A stretch of DNA of 64,000 nucleotides, taken from Candidatus Atabeyarchaeum deiterrae (lineage in GTDB: Archaea > Asgardarchaeota > Atabeyarchaeia > Atabeyarchaeales > Atabeyarchaeaceae). The stretch covers positions 1,536,001-1,600,000 of the forward strand of contig CP147780.1 in the NCBI GenBank assembly GCA_037310415.1, given 5' to 3'. The notes under the pieces are model-generated. The model made no database searches. It was not told the DNA's origin and saw only the letters and a list, made by a program, of their open reading frames with translations. The position numbers and the translations under genes were made by a program. How positions within the stretch are numbered: the stretch's first letter is position 1; every line of letters begins with the position of its first letter. Positions 50,164 through 59,563 of the stretch are shown in pieces.

Positions 50164-50637
50164 ATGAGCGAGATCAGTGAAAAAGACTTAGAGATTCTGA
50201 GAATTCTGCAAGAGAACTGCAGACTGAGAGCAAAGGAGATCTCTGAAAGAGTCGGAACTCCAATATCGACAGTCTTCGCCAAGACGAAAAAGATGGAGAA
50301 AGAAGGAATAATCAAGGCATATAAGGCCGTGCTTGATGCTGCGAGACTCGGAGTGGGCGCGACGGCATTCATCTTGGTATCGTATGAGCAACAAGGCACT
50401 GGAGGCGACTCTGGTCCCTCACAGAGAGATGTCGCAAAGCAGATCGCTAGGCTCAGGGAAGTGCAAGAAGTCCACATAATAGCTGGAGATTGGGACATAC
50501 TCGTCAAGGCAAAGGCGAAGAGTGTTGACGCTATCGGGAAACTTGTTCTTGACAAAATGAGAATCATAAAAGGCGTCAAGAGAACGCTTACTTGCACAGT
50601 TTTTGAAACTGAAAAAGAGACGACAGATCTCTTGTGA
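50164..50637 (+). CDS. Lrp/AsnC family transcriptional regulator
   Basis: D..IL..LQ.NCR....EI...VG....TV..K..KME.EGIIK.Y; V.EVH.IAG.WDILVK. Confidence 0.95.
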   Translation: MSEISEKDLEILRILQENCRLRAKEISERVGTPISTVFAKTKKMEKEGIIKAYKAVLDAARLGVGATAFILVSYEQQGTGGDSGPSQRDVAKQIARLREVQEVHIIAGDWDILVKAKAKSVDAIGKLVLDKMRIIKGVKRTLTCTVFETEKETTDLL

Positions 50638-50782
50638 AATCGAAGGGCGGACAACGTCATTAGTGAAAGTTGCGGTAACCTTCTCAACCTCGGATTACAA
50701 ATCAGCTCTCTATTGTGGATCTGAACAGAACCATTCTCTGGCAGGCCAATTTGGAGTTTAGTCGCTGAAAGGAGAACGTGGA

Positions 50783-52444
50783 GTGATGACTGACACGGCC
50801 GATGGAAAGAGACCTTGGACCAAGCGCTATGACCCCCATGTTCCACCATCCGTCAATATCCCTGAAGTTTTCATTCATGAAAGTCTAGAGCATGATGCAA
50901 GAAGCTTCCCGAATAGGCTGGGCTTGGGATTCTTTGGAAACAACATAACCTTCGCTGAGTTTGATTCTCTCGCAGGCAAGTTTGCCTCGTCCCTTTTGAG
51001 ACTGGGGGTTAGGGAGGGAGATCGAGTTGTAGTGCACCTTCCCAATATTCCTCAATACCCAATCTCATTGTACGGCGTTCTGAAGATTGGTGCAGCGTCA
51101 ATAGGATGCAGTATCTTGTACAAGACCCCTGAGCTTGTCCATCTACTGAATGATTCTGGTGCAGAGACTATTGTAACATTGGACTCAAGTCTGCCGACGA
51201 TCATGGAAGTGAAGGGCAGGACGAAACTACGCAACGTGATCGCAACGGGTCTAGGAGATTTCATAGCTCTCGGAAAGAAAATGCGCGAGTCTAGATCAAA
51301 ACCGACCAAATCCGATTATCATAGTTACCTTAGGTTGATCGAGCAAGAGGAGAACCTAAGTACTCGACTCAAGGGAGACCCTAAGAACACACCTGCGCTC
51401 ATACAATATACCGGAGGCACAACAGGCGTACCCAAGGGAGTTGTTCTAACCCATTATAATCTCTTGGCTAATATGACTCAAGTCAAGATATGGGCTGCTC
51501 TTGAATATGGTGAAGATTCCACGCTCAGCGTATTCCCGTTTTTTCATCAAGCGGGGCAGATATTCCTTCTCATGTCAGTCCACTTGGCCGCGACGCAAGT
51601 ACTCTACCCGAACCCCAGGGATCTCTTCATGGCTGTACAGTTGATCGGTGAAAGGAAACCTACGATCATTGCGGCAGTTCCAACATGGTATATCTTATTG
51701 CTCCGCAGCCCGTACGCACGAAAATGTGATTTTTCGGGCGTGAAGCTGTTCATAAGTGGAGCCGCCCCATTCCCCGCTGAGCAGATAAATGAATTCAAAC
51801 GTGCCACGGGAAAGGAGCTAATAGAAGTGTACGGGTTAACTGAAGCCAGTCCCCTGATAACAGTGAATCCATTCTATGGAAGGAAAAAAGTCGGATCCGT
51901 GGGTTTGCCTCTTCCGAACACGGACGTGAAGCTTCTCGACATTGAAAATGGGAAGGAGGTTGAAGTAGGAAAACCTGGAGAGCTTGTCACAAAAGGTCCA
52001 CAAGTAATGGTAGGCTACTTAAATCAGCCTGATGAGACCGCCAAGACACTGAGAGATGGCTGGTTGTACACTGGAGACGTAGCGACAATGGATGGAGACG
52101 GATACTTCTACATAGTTGACAGAACGAAAGACATGATCAATGTCAGCGGGTACAAAGTCTTTCCTCGTGAAGTTGATGAAGTCATAACCACTCATGAAGC
52201 AGTATCAGTGGCTGCCACTGTCGGAATCCCAAACCCAGATCGTCCAGGCAGCGAGATTGTGAAAAGCTTCATTGTTCTAAGAGACGGCTATGCTCCGTCT
52301 GATGAACTCAAGGAAGAAATAGAAAAGTTCCTCAAGGACAGGCTGGCAACGTTTAAGGTTCCTAGGATAGTAGAGTTTAGAAAAGAGCTTCCACTGACAC
52401 TGATTGGAAAAGTCCTCAAGAGGGCTTTGCGCGATGGCCAGTAA
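50783..52444 (+). CDS. Long-chain acyl-CoA synthetase (second paralog)
   Basis: YTGGTTGVPKG, EVYGLTE, TGD, DRTKDMINVSGYKVFPREV, GKVLKR. Confidence 0.95.
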   Translation: MMTDTADGKRPWTKRYDPHVPPSVNIPEVFIHESLEHDARSFPNRLGLGFFGNNITFAEFDSLAGKFASSLLRLGVREGDRVVVHLPNIPQYPISLYGVLKIGAASIGCSILYKTPELVHLLNDSGAETIVTLDSSLPTIMEVKGRTKLRNVIATGLGDFIALGKKMRESRSKPTKSDYHSYLRLIEQEENLSTRLKGDPKNTPALIQYTGGTTGVPKGVVLTHYNLLANMTQVKIWAALEYGEDSTLSVFPFFHQAGQIFLLMSVHLAATQVLYPNPRDLFMAVQLIGERKPTIIAAVPTWYILLLRSPYARKCDFSGVKLFISGAAPFPAEQINEFKRATGKELIEVYGLTEASPLITVNPFYGRKKVGSVGLPLPNTDVKLLDIENGKEVEVGKPGELVTKGPQVMVGYLNQPDETAKTLRDGWLYTGDVATMDGDGYFYIVDRTKDMINVSGYKVFPREVDEVITTHEAVSVAATVGIPNPDRPGSEIVKSFIVLRDGYAPSDELKEEIEKFLKDRLATFKVPRIVEFRKELPLTLIGKVLKRALRDGQ

Positions 52445-52472
52445 GAACAAGACGTGATCGGCTTTCGTCCGT

Positions 52473-52880
52473 TTATCCTTCTCTCTCAGACATTGCCATA
52501 AATATCCTATCATTCGTCCTGTTAAGCTCCAAGAATGTCATTCCAAGACTAGCTTCTTTTCTGATGAAGACTGAAAGAATCATGTCCCTGCCGCTTCTAG
52601 TAAGCACAATGTCCCCGGTACCCCCACTAACAACAACTCTCTTCAAGTCTCCCAATCCTAGGTTTCTCAGAACGTTGTCACCTATGTTGAGGAGAGCAGC
52701 AGACATCGCGGCGGCCAATGAAGCATCCGATAGTCTAGGTGACCAAGAAGATATGATTAGCCCATCACTCTTTACGAGTGTTGCGCCATCTATTCCCTTC
52801 GTCGCCGTGCATAGATCCATCAGCGTTCTTTTTAGTCTGTCCCTCAGACTTGAATCACTTGCGGCCAAAGTGGAATTCAC
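52473..52880 (-). CDS. Roadblock/LC7 protein
   Basis: IDGATLVKSDGLIISS...AAAMSAALL..G....LG.G.L..VVV.G..G......SLGM. Confidence 0.93.
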   Translation of the reverse strand: MNSTLAASDSSLRDRLKRTLMDLCTATKGIDGATLVKSDGLIISSWSPRLSDASLAAAMSAALLNIGDNVLRNLGLGDLKRVVVSGGTGDIVLTRSGRDMILSVFIRKEASLGMTFLELNRTNDRIFMAMSEREG

Positions 52881-52921
52881 CTTCTTGCACTACGTTGACT
52901 TGACAGGCTGCTCATTCAAAA

Positions 52922-53509
52922 TCAGTTCGAGGTCATTGCCTTTTCTTTCATGAGCTTAAGAAGAGATAGTAGAGCTTCTTTGATCCCTTCTCCGGTCAGT
53001 CCTGATCCCTCAATGAACTTTACTGAATCAACTTTCATGAGGTTCTTCAAAGCGTCTGCTCTCATTGCATTGTCGAGATCCTGCTTGTTTGCCACCACAA
53101 CCATAGGGACGTCCACTCCAAGGAATCCTTTTACTTCCTCATAGATCGCTATTGCGTGTCCGACCTGACCGGGTGCCGTACTATCAACAATAAAAAGGAC
53201 GCCCTTGGCTCCCCTGCTTGTGGCTTCTCTCACGGGAGACATATGGATCTGTCCAGGGCTTCCCATCAGCATCACACGGGTAAAACTGCAACTATTCGAC
53301 TTGACCTCATTGTCATGTCGAAGCTCGTCAGCTCCATCCCACCAAATGTGCCCAAGATCAAATGCAAGCGTTGTCGTACTTCCATCTGGCAAAACCTTCT
53401 CTACGCTTGTGGCCTTAGTGTCCAAGAAGTGAACTAGGGTTGTCTTGCCTGCATGGTATGGTCCAGCGACGAAGATCTTGAAACACTTGTCCCTCTTGTC
53501 ATCAGTCAA
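52922..53509 (-). CDS. Small GTPase (MglA/CvnD-like)
   Basis: G1 GPYHAGKTT, TTLAFDLG, G3 GSPGQ, GVLFIVDS, G4 NKQD, G5 SGLTGEGI; ATGA overlap with the upstream Roadblock gene. Confidence 0.93.
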   Translation of the reverse strand: MTDDKRDKCFKIFVAGPYHAGKTTLVHFLDTKATSVEKVLPDGSTTTLAFDLGHIWWDGADELRHDNEVKSNSCSFTRVMLMGSPGQIHMSPVREATSRGAKGVLFIVDSTAPGQVGHAIAIYEEVKGFLGVDVPMVVVANKQDLDNAMRADALKNLMKVDSVKFIEGSGLTGEGIKEALLSLLKLMKEKAMTSN

Positions 53510-53898
53510 TGAATCTCATCTCCATCAAGAAGTTCAGCTATTCTACCTGATGCTTTCTGCAAGGCCAAGTGGATCAGCCCCAGACCAACCTTCGAACGAG
53601 CTGTTCCAATTATGAGCTGGCGTCTGCCAGCGCTTCTGACCACAGTGACGCCGTCATCCGCCTGTATCGTGACTTGGGAGAGTTTCCCCTGCCTCAGCTC
53701 AACAACGGTTCGCTCGCCCATTGCAAGTATTGCTGCCGCCATCGCAGAGAGCAAACTTTCTTTTTCTGGGTCACTTATCGCTGAACATATCGGCAATCCG
53801 TCGTCACTGACAATGCATGTGGCATCCAGACTACCTGACTGAACTGTATCTTGAAGCACTTGATTTAACTTCATCTGTTTGTTAAGGCCCTCAGACAT
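53506..53898 (-). CDS. Roadblock/LC7 protein
   Basis: CIVSDDGLPICSA...LSAMAAAILAMGERTVVELRQGKL.QV.I..DDG...LGLI. Confidence 0.93.
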   Translation of the reverse strand: MSEGLNKQMKLNQVLQDTVQSGSLDATCIVSDDGLPICSAISDPEKESLLSAMAAAILAMGERTVVELRQGKLSQVTIQADDGVTVVRSAGRRQLIIGTARSKVGLGLIHLALQKASGRIAELLDGDEIH

Positions 53899-54183
53899 AA
53901 ACGACCCACCAATTCCTACAGAATTACGGGAGGGGTGACTACCTCTTTTTCACATTCCCACTGATCATATTAGAACCATTTCATGCGGTTAAAAAGATAG
54001 TTAGATTCAAGCATTGTGTTTCGCACTTGCGTGCGAATATCGCAAATTACGACGCTTATGCCTCCATTCTTATTGCCGACAAGGCAGCTGCCAATGAGAG
54101 CTTATCAGTGGACAGTTGCAGGCTCAGCTTGTTTGCTTCAGACGCATGGCTCTCTCACTTACTTACCTGGCGTGAGAATCAGC

Positions 54184-54978
54184 TTACGCGATTCCTTGCA
54201 CAGGCACAACTATTATTCCTTGGTCGGCGATTACCATTTCGAATTCCTTCATACTATGCTTGACGCCTCTCATTTTTCGTATAACCAGCTTTCTCTTGAA
54301 TTCTCTGCCTCTGGACTCAAGAGCCAAGAAGATAATACCAGTAGCCAGGAATTCCTCAACACCAAACCTACTAAGTGCAGCCGATCCTTCAACGGTCTCT
54401 GTTGTCATCAGCGTAGTGCAGTCAAGGTTTCTCAGAAAAGTGTTAAGTCGCATTAACGTTGCTCGCATGGTCTCTGGATGTGTGAACAAACCAATCCCGG
54501 GGATTGAATCCACAACCAACCGTTTTGCCGAGATAGCCTGTACTGCAGCAGCCAAATCGTCTATTATTCCGATGACCTTCTCTACAGAGCTATCAAGGGT
54601 CCATTTCTCGGGATCCTGCAGATCAAGACGACCTGTAATTGCGTCAAGAAGGACAAGTTTTCCGTCCTTTTCAAGTCTTAACAGGTCCCAACCGAAACGA
54701 GCGGCGTTTCTCCTAATTTCGTACAATGGTTCCTCGAAACTGGCATAGACTCCATGTTCTCCGTATTTGAGAGCGCCATTCACCAAGTACTGCAAACAGA
54801 AGATCGTTTTTCCACTTCCTGTTCCTCCCGTGACGAGGCTTCGGGAATTCTTCGGAAGGCCCCCCTCAAGAAGCTCGTCGAATCCTTGAATGCCGGTAGG
54901 AACTCTTTCATTTCGCTTCTCTACGTTCATTTCTTCAACCCCAAGATTCTCTTCACTTCCACTTAAGTGTGCAATCAA
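54184..54978 (-). CDS. KaiC/RAD55-like single-domain ATPase
   Basis: RVPTGI.GFD.LL.GG, Walker A GGTGSGKT, SFEE, LVVDSI, VEEFLATGII.L, IRKMRG; start may be ATG 54930. Confidence 0.93.
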   Translation of the reverse strand: MIAHLSGSEENLGVEEMNVEKRNERVPTGIQGFDELLEGGLPKNSRSLVTGGTGSGKTIFCLQYLVNGALKYGEHGVYASFEEPLYEIRRNAARFGWDLLRLEKDGKLVLLDAITGRLDLQDPEKWTLDSSVEKVIGIIDDLAAAVQAISAKRLVVDSIPGIGLFTHPETMRATLMRLNTFLRNLDCTTLMTTETVEGSAALSRFGVEEFLATGIIFLALESRGREFKRKLVIRKMRGVKHSMKEFEMVIADQGIIVVPVQGIA

Positions 54979-55318
54979 CTATGCGGCGAATAAGGTTCGA
55001 AGTGACATTACACAGGTCAAAACAGACCATGCTGTCTCCCCCACTTATTGAGATGAGCTGGTGAATTGATAAATCTGTTCTGCAATCATCATTAGCAGGC
55101 TGAATGCGTTAGGAAATTCGCAATCATTTAGCAACGCTTTTATCCAAACATCCCGTCGAGTATTGTGTGATGTGCACTACGGTAGCTTGTGGATGAGAAG
55201 GGGACCCGTAACAGTTTTCATTTCGATCGTGGCAGTGCTCCGAGTGAAAGTGAACCTCGAATCAATCTGGTTGTCGGAGGGAGCGCCTTTCAACAACTGC
55301 ATTGTGTCGTGATTTAGA

Positions 55319-55909
55319 ATGATATACGACCTATACGTGATCTCGAACCAGAATGGATGCTGCATCTATCACCAAGGTTTTGGAACAACCCTCGTAAACA
55401 GCGATCTAGTGGCTGGCTTGCTGACAGCCATGTTGTCATTCATGAAAGAGGTTCGAGGCGATGAAATGAAGGTCATGATTTCAGGAAACTCAAAATTCGT
55501 CTTCAATCAGTCCCCAGGTCTGATATTCGTAGCTCTGGTTGACCTCAACCCTGACGAGCACGATGTCTCAATGTTCCTTGAGGAAGTAAAGAAGCTATTC
55601 ACTGAGAAGTATCCGGAAAAGGACCAAGTTCAGCCTCTCAGTGGAGACGATCCTATCTCACAAGAGATCGCTCAGCTGCTCTTCACCTCAGATAAACCAA
55701 CTGGTAAAGCTAAGCCGCCGCTCGTACTCGGACGAAGATTGTCCAAGCTCATTGCGCCTGAATTGGCAGTTCAGAAGGATGCACTGACCAATCTCTATGG
55801 GAGAGTTGCTAAGTCAAAGGATTGCAGGGGAAAGGATCATGACTTAGAGGAGAAGTACAGAAAGGAGATTGAGAATCTGAACAGATTGATCGAAGAAACT
55901 CAAAATTAG
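55319..55909 (+). CDS. Longin-domain protein (Asgard type) with C-terminal helical extension
   Basis: MIYDLYVIS..NG.CIY...F......DLVAGLLTAM.SF.KE....MK.M......FVF.....LIFV..VD......V..FL..V...F..KY. Confidence 0.8.
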   Translation: MIYDLYVISNQNGCCIYHQGFGTTLVNSDLVAGLLTAMLSFMKEVRGDEMKVMISGNSKFVFNQSPGLIFVALVDLNPDEHDVSMFLEEVKKLFTEKYPEKDQVQPLSGDDPISQEIAQLLFTSDKPTGKAKPPLVLGRRLSKLIAPELAVQKDALTNLYGRVAKSKDCRGKDHDLEEKYRKEIENLNRLIEETQN

Positions 55910-55946
55910 ACAAGATGTTGAAATTCGAAAAGGAGAATATGCGGCC

Positions 55947-56543
55947 ATGCTGAAATCTGTCGAGATTCTGAACCTACTGGCAGCCAGACAGTTCGACGGT
56001 TGGATGAGACCTGGAATCAAAACCAAGCTTCGCCCCAAGTTGGGAAATACTATTGACCTTTATGCATCGCAGGAACGTGTCCCTGGAATGCTAGCATTAA
56101 GTCAATCCATGGGACCAGTCCTTTTTGAGGTTGGAAAGAAAGTAGCGTCCCACATTGCTGAGAGGACCATACCTCTACTTAAGGGAATATCGGGATACCA
56201 TCGATTCGCCGAATCTAACACAATCGAAGAGGCAAGACAATCGAGTGAATTCACTATATTCCAAATGATATACCAAGGAACCCTCACTGGGCTTCTGAAA
56301 CTAGTCGCATACGCGAAAAACAAGTTAATAGTCATTCAGGTTGAGGAGTGTGCTGATTGTACAGGAATGGTCAACTTGGGAAGGAGCATTTGCTACTTCG
56401 TAGGAGGCGAAATTACTGGCGCGGTTGAGGTTGCGCTGGGGAAGAGCCTGGGATACGTTGAGACAAAGTGCACGGTCAAAGGTGACCAGTGTTGCGAATT
56501 CAGATTGACAGTTCCGCAAGAGCAGGGAGGAGTATTCAGATGA
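55947..56543 (+). CDS. V4R (4VR) domain protein, paralog 1
   Basis: R..LG..IDL, ECADC, ICYFVGG.I.G, VETKC..KGD..CEF. Confidence 0.9.
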   Translation: MLKSVEILNLLAARQFDGWMRPGIKTKLRPKLGNTIDLYASQERVPGMLALSQSMGPVLFEVGKKVASHIAERTIPLLKGISGYHRFAESNTIEEARQSSEFTIFQMIYQGTLTGLLKLVAYAKNKLIVIQVEECADCTGMVNLGRSICYFVGGEITGAVEVALGKSLGYVETKCTVKGDQCCEFRLTVPQEQGGVFR

Positions 56544-57193
56544 AAAGTTTAAGCACTCGTCATTCAGAAAGGGGTCCCACCTTGATCACTGAAAAACTTC
56601 TGGAAGCCATTGGTAGAATGCAGTATGAGAAATTCTTAGGTTCTGTTGACAAGTTCGAACCTCGCAAAAAACTTGGTGACAATGTTGACTTGTTATCTTT
56701 TCAGGAACGTGTGCTTGGTGTCTTGTCACTAAGTCAATCTATGGGACCCATCCTTTTCGAGGCAGGCAAGAAACCTGCACTATACATGGCCGAAGAGATG
56801 TGGCCTGAGGCTAGGAAGCAACCAAACTTTCACAGCATGGGCGACGCTAACGATCTGGACGAAGCAAGGCTTTCGGATGAGTTCACAGTTCTTCAGAGTT
56901 TTCTCGAAACGACCCGCCTCGGACTTCTTAGCCTAAGCGCGTTCGAGAAGAACAAGTCAATTCAATTTGAAGTTGATGAATGCGCGATATGCTATGGAGT
57001 TGGTAACTTGGGAAGAACCAAGTGTTATTTTCTTGGCGGAATCATCGCTGGTACTCTTGAAGGCACGCTCGGCAGAAGGGTGGGTTTTTCTGAATCAAAG
57101 TGTTGCGCAAATGGCGATCCCATCTGTGAATTCAGATATAGCCTATTAGGAACCAAGAACGATGAACGAAATGGTGAACAAGAAAGTGAATAA
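56540..57193 (+). CDS. V4R domain protein, paralog 2
   Basis: RKKLGDNVDL, ECAIC, KCYFLGGIIAG, ESKC...GD..CEF; ATG 56540 overlaps the paralog-1 stop (ATGA). Confidence 0.9.
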   Translation: MKSLSTRHSERGPTLITEKLLEAIGRMQYEKFLGSVDKFEPRKKLGDNVDLLSFQERVLGVLSLSQSMGPILFEAGKKPALYMAEEMWPEARKQPNFHSMGDANDLDEARLSDEFTVLQSFLETTRLGLLSLSAFEKNKSIQFEVDECAICYGVGNLGRTKCYFLGGIIAGTLEGTLGRRVGFSESKCCANGDPICEFRYSLLGTKNDERNGEQESE

Positions 57194-57207
57194 CTATTAA
57201 AGGTGTT

Positions 57208-57816
57208 ATGTTTTTGAGAGAGAAGGAGCTTTTCAAAGAACTGGCGAAAACGCAAGTCGGGCGAATATTGCACACCCCAGGATACAAGAGCAAGATACGC
57301 GGAAGACTTGGAGACTCGGTTGACTTGTTGACTTACCAGAGACCACTGCTTGGAGTTCTGATTCTGGCTGAGTCCATGAGTTCAGTGCTTTTCGAGGCTG
57401 GAAAGAGGACCGGAATTCAGCTTACTGAAGGCGGCATGCCGTTACTTCAGCAACTTCCAGATTACCGTGACTTTGCAGAAGCGAAGAATCTAGAGGAAGC
57501 AAAACTCTCAACCGGATATGCTGTTCTTAAAATGGCATTCGAATTATCTGGAACGGGTCTGATAGACCTGACCCAATTCAAGAAGGACAAACTTGCTGTT
57601 TATCAAGTCAATGAGTGCGCAGACTGTTATGGCATCAGGGACCTAGAAAAAAGCATTTGCCACTTTATTGGGGGCGTGATTGCTGGTGCACTTGAGTATG
57701 CACTAAAGAAAACGGTAGGGTTTGTTGAAACGATGTGCCAGGCTAAGGGTGACTCCTGTTGCGAATTCACATACACGATCAAACGAGTGGAGAGCAAGAA
57801 TGATCAGGTTAGCTGA
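57208..57816 (+). CDS. V4R domain protein, paralog 3
   Basis: RGRLGDSVDL, ECADC, ICHFIGGVIAG, VETMC..KGD..CEF. Confidence 0.9.
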   Translation: MFLREKELFKELAKTQVGRILHTPGYKSKIRGRLGDSVDLLTYQRPLLGVLILAESMSSVLFEAGKRTGIQLTEGGMPLLQQLPDYRDFAEAKNLEEAKLSTGYAVLKMAFELSGTGLIDLTQFKKDKLAVYQVNECADCYGIRDLEKSICHFIGGVIAGALEYALKKTVGFVETMCQAKGDSCCEFTYTIKRVESKNDQVS

Positions 57817-57884
57817 AGTACGATGAGAGATAGAAAACGTGAACAGAATAATTGAAGGAACAGAAGAAAGCATGAAACAAATAA

Positions 57885-58481
57885 GTGTCGAAAGGTTGGT
57901 GTAGCCTATTGAAGGCAGACGAAATCCTTGATGCGCTGGCCAGTAGGCAATTCAAGAGGCTGGTGAGCAACCCCAGCCCTCAAGCTAAGCTTAGGAAGAG
58001 GCTCGGTAACAACATTGACATGTGGGCATATCAGGAACGCGTAATCGGGATGCTCGCCCTAAGCAAATCCATGGGACCAGTCCTGTTTGAAGCGGGTAAA
58101 AAAGTCGGAAAGTCCCTCAGCAAGAAAGCAGTGTTAATGTTTAGGAAGTTGCCGAATTACAGGAGTTTCATCGAATGCAAGACACTGGAGGAAGCTCAGC
58201 GTTCAACTGAGTGGTCGATAGTTCAGGCGATGTATCAAATGACTGCCACTGGAATCATAAACATGGTCAAATACGAGAAAGGGAAACTCTTGGTCTTTCA
58301 AGTTGAGGAGTGTGTTTCCTGCTCAGGGCTTCCCAACCTCGGGGAAAGCGTGTGCTACTATCTCGGCGGACAGCTTTGTGGCGCAATTGAGATCATAATC
58401 GGAAAGAGTTTGGCCTTTGTTGAAACGAAGTGCCAAGCTAAGGGCGATACTTGTTGCGAGTTCAAGTACACAGTCCTATAA
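57885..58481 (+). CDS. V4R domain protein, paralog 4
   Basis: RKRLGNNIDM, ECVSCSGLPNLGESVCYYLGG, VETKC..KGD..CEF; start may be TTG 57909. Confidence 0.9.
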   Translation: MSKGWCSLLKADEILDALASRQFKRLVSNPSPQAKLRKRLGNNIDMWAYQERVIGMLALSKSMGPVLFEAGKKVGKSLSKKAVLMFRKLPNYRSFIECKTLEEAQRSTEWSIVQAMYQMTATGIINMVKYEKGKLLVFQVEECVSCSGLPNLGESVCYYLGGQLCGAIEIIIGKSLAFVETKCQAKGDTCCEFKYTVL

Positions 58482-58522
58482 GACGAATTGCATATGGATT
58501 ATAGGAGTGGAGTGAAACAGAA

Positions 58523-59320
58523 TTGGACAGACTATCCACTGGCATAGATGGGCTTGACGAACTGATACAAGGCGGATTAATAAGTGGATCATCAACGCTA
58601 CTCTACGGACCGCCTGGGAACGGGAAACACCCATTTTGCCTCCAGTTTATCGCAGAAGGATTGAAAGTTGGTGACGGTGGAATAATGTTGGTCTCAAATG
58701 AGTCCGTCCAAGATGCAATAGAAAGCTTCGGAGAAGTAGGGTGTAGCTTGGATACTACAGTATTGGATCAGAAATACGATCTGAAGTTCGTTGACTGCTA
58801 CAGTTGGCGGATTGAAGAGGTTCCTTACCCAAAGTTGTATGGAAATGTGGTCAAGTCATCAATGGATATCAATCATGTTTCTTTGGCTATAGGCACGGCT
58901 GTCGATCAGATGAAGGCTGGCAAAAGAATTCGAGTCACAGTAGACCTGTTTTCCCCGCTCCTAATGGTTGCTCCCCCACAGGCTGTCTATAGACTTGGTG
59001 AACTTCTGACAGCCGAACTGAAGAAGAAAGGCGCAACCTCGATATTTATGTTGACGGAGGGAATGCATGACCAGCAGACGATAACGTCTCTTCAACAGTT
59101 GATCGACAATGTGGTGCTCTTTAGAAACTCTGAGAAGGAAGGGGTTCTCATAAAGGAAGTCTGCGTGAGCAAAATGAAGCGAACAGTCTTCGAATCGAGA
59201 TGGCTGCCGATATTCAGGGATACAAAGACAGGGGGGCTAAGGATCGCGCAGGAAAGTCAGAAGACGGACTTGTTCAGTAGCGGTGAGAGATACTTGAAAA
59301 CAGGCAGACTTTCTACCTGA
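58523..59320 (+). CDS. KaiC/RAD55-like ATPase with degenerate motifs
   Basis: RLSTGIDGLDELI.GG, GPPGNGKH, FVDCYS, VTVD, HD......L..L.D.V, VSKMKR. Confidence 0.88.
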   Translation: MDRLSTGIDGLDELIQGGLISGSSTLLYGPPGNGKHPFCLQFIAEGLKVGDGGIMLVSNESVQDAIESFGEVGCSLDTTVLDQKYDLKFVDCYSWRIEEVPYPKLYGNVVKSSMDINHVSLAIGTAVDQMKAGKRIRVTVDLFSPLLMVAPPQAVYRLGELLTAELKKKGATSIFMLTEGMHDQQTITSLQQLIDNVVLFRNSEKEGVLIKEVCVSKMKRTVFESRWLPIFRDTKTGGLRIAQESQKTDLFSSGERYLKTGRLST

Positions 59321-59563
59321 TGAAAGTAGTCGCAAAGATGACGATCGCGCTCAAAGGAGCATTCTACGTTGATGAAGGCGACCCGAGTTTGAGACGCGAG
59401 GAAGCGGAATAAGTCATATCGTGAGGCTGGATTTCTCCGTTTTGAGATTCTTGACAGTTTTGCTCAGAACCAAATCAAACAGGGCTGACAATCGAATGAT
59501 GCTGAAGATACTCAAGGATCTTTCTTGACCTGCAGTCATCCGTGCATAATGGAGGCTTCTTGA

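Noticed and set aside
50142-50849. 235-aa minus-strand ORF
   Set aside because: Antisense shadow of the clear Lrp/AsnC gene; no recognisable motifs
54184-59320. Circadian clock (kaiABC) interpretation of the KaiC-like genes
   Set aside because: Both are single-domain, no kaiA/kaiB is present, and I see no CII-type Ser-Thr phosphosite pair
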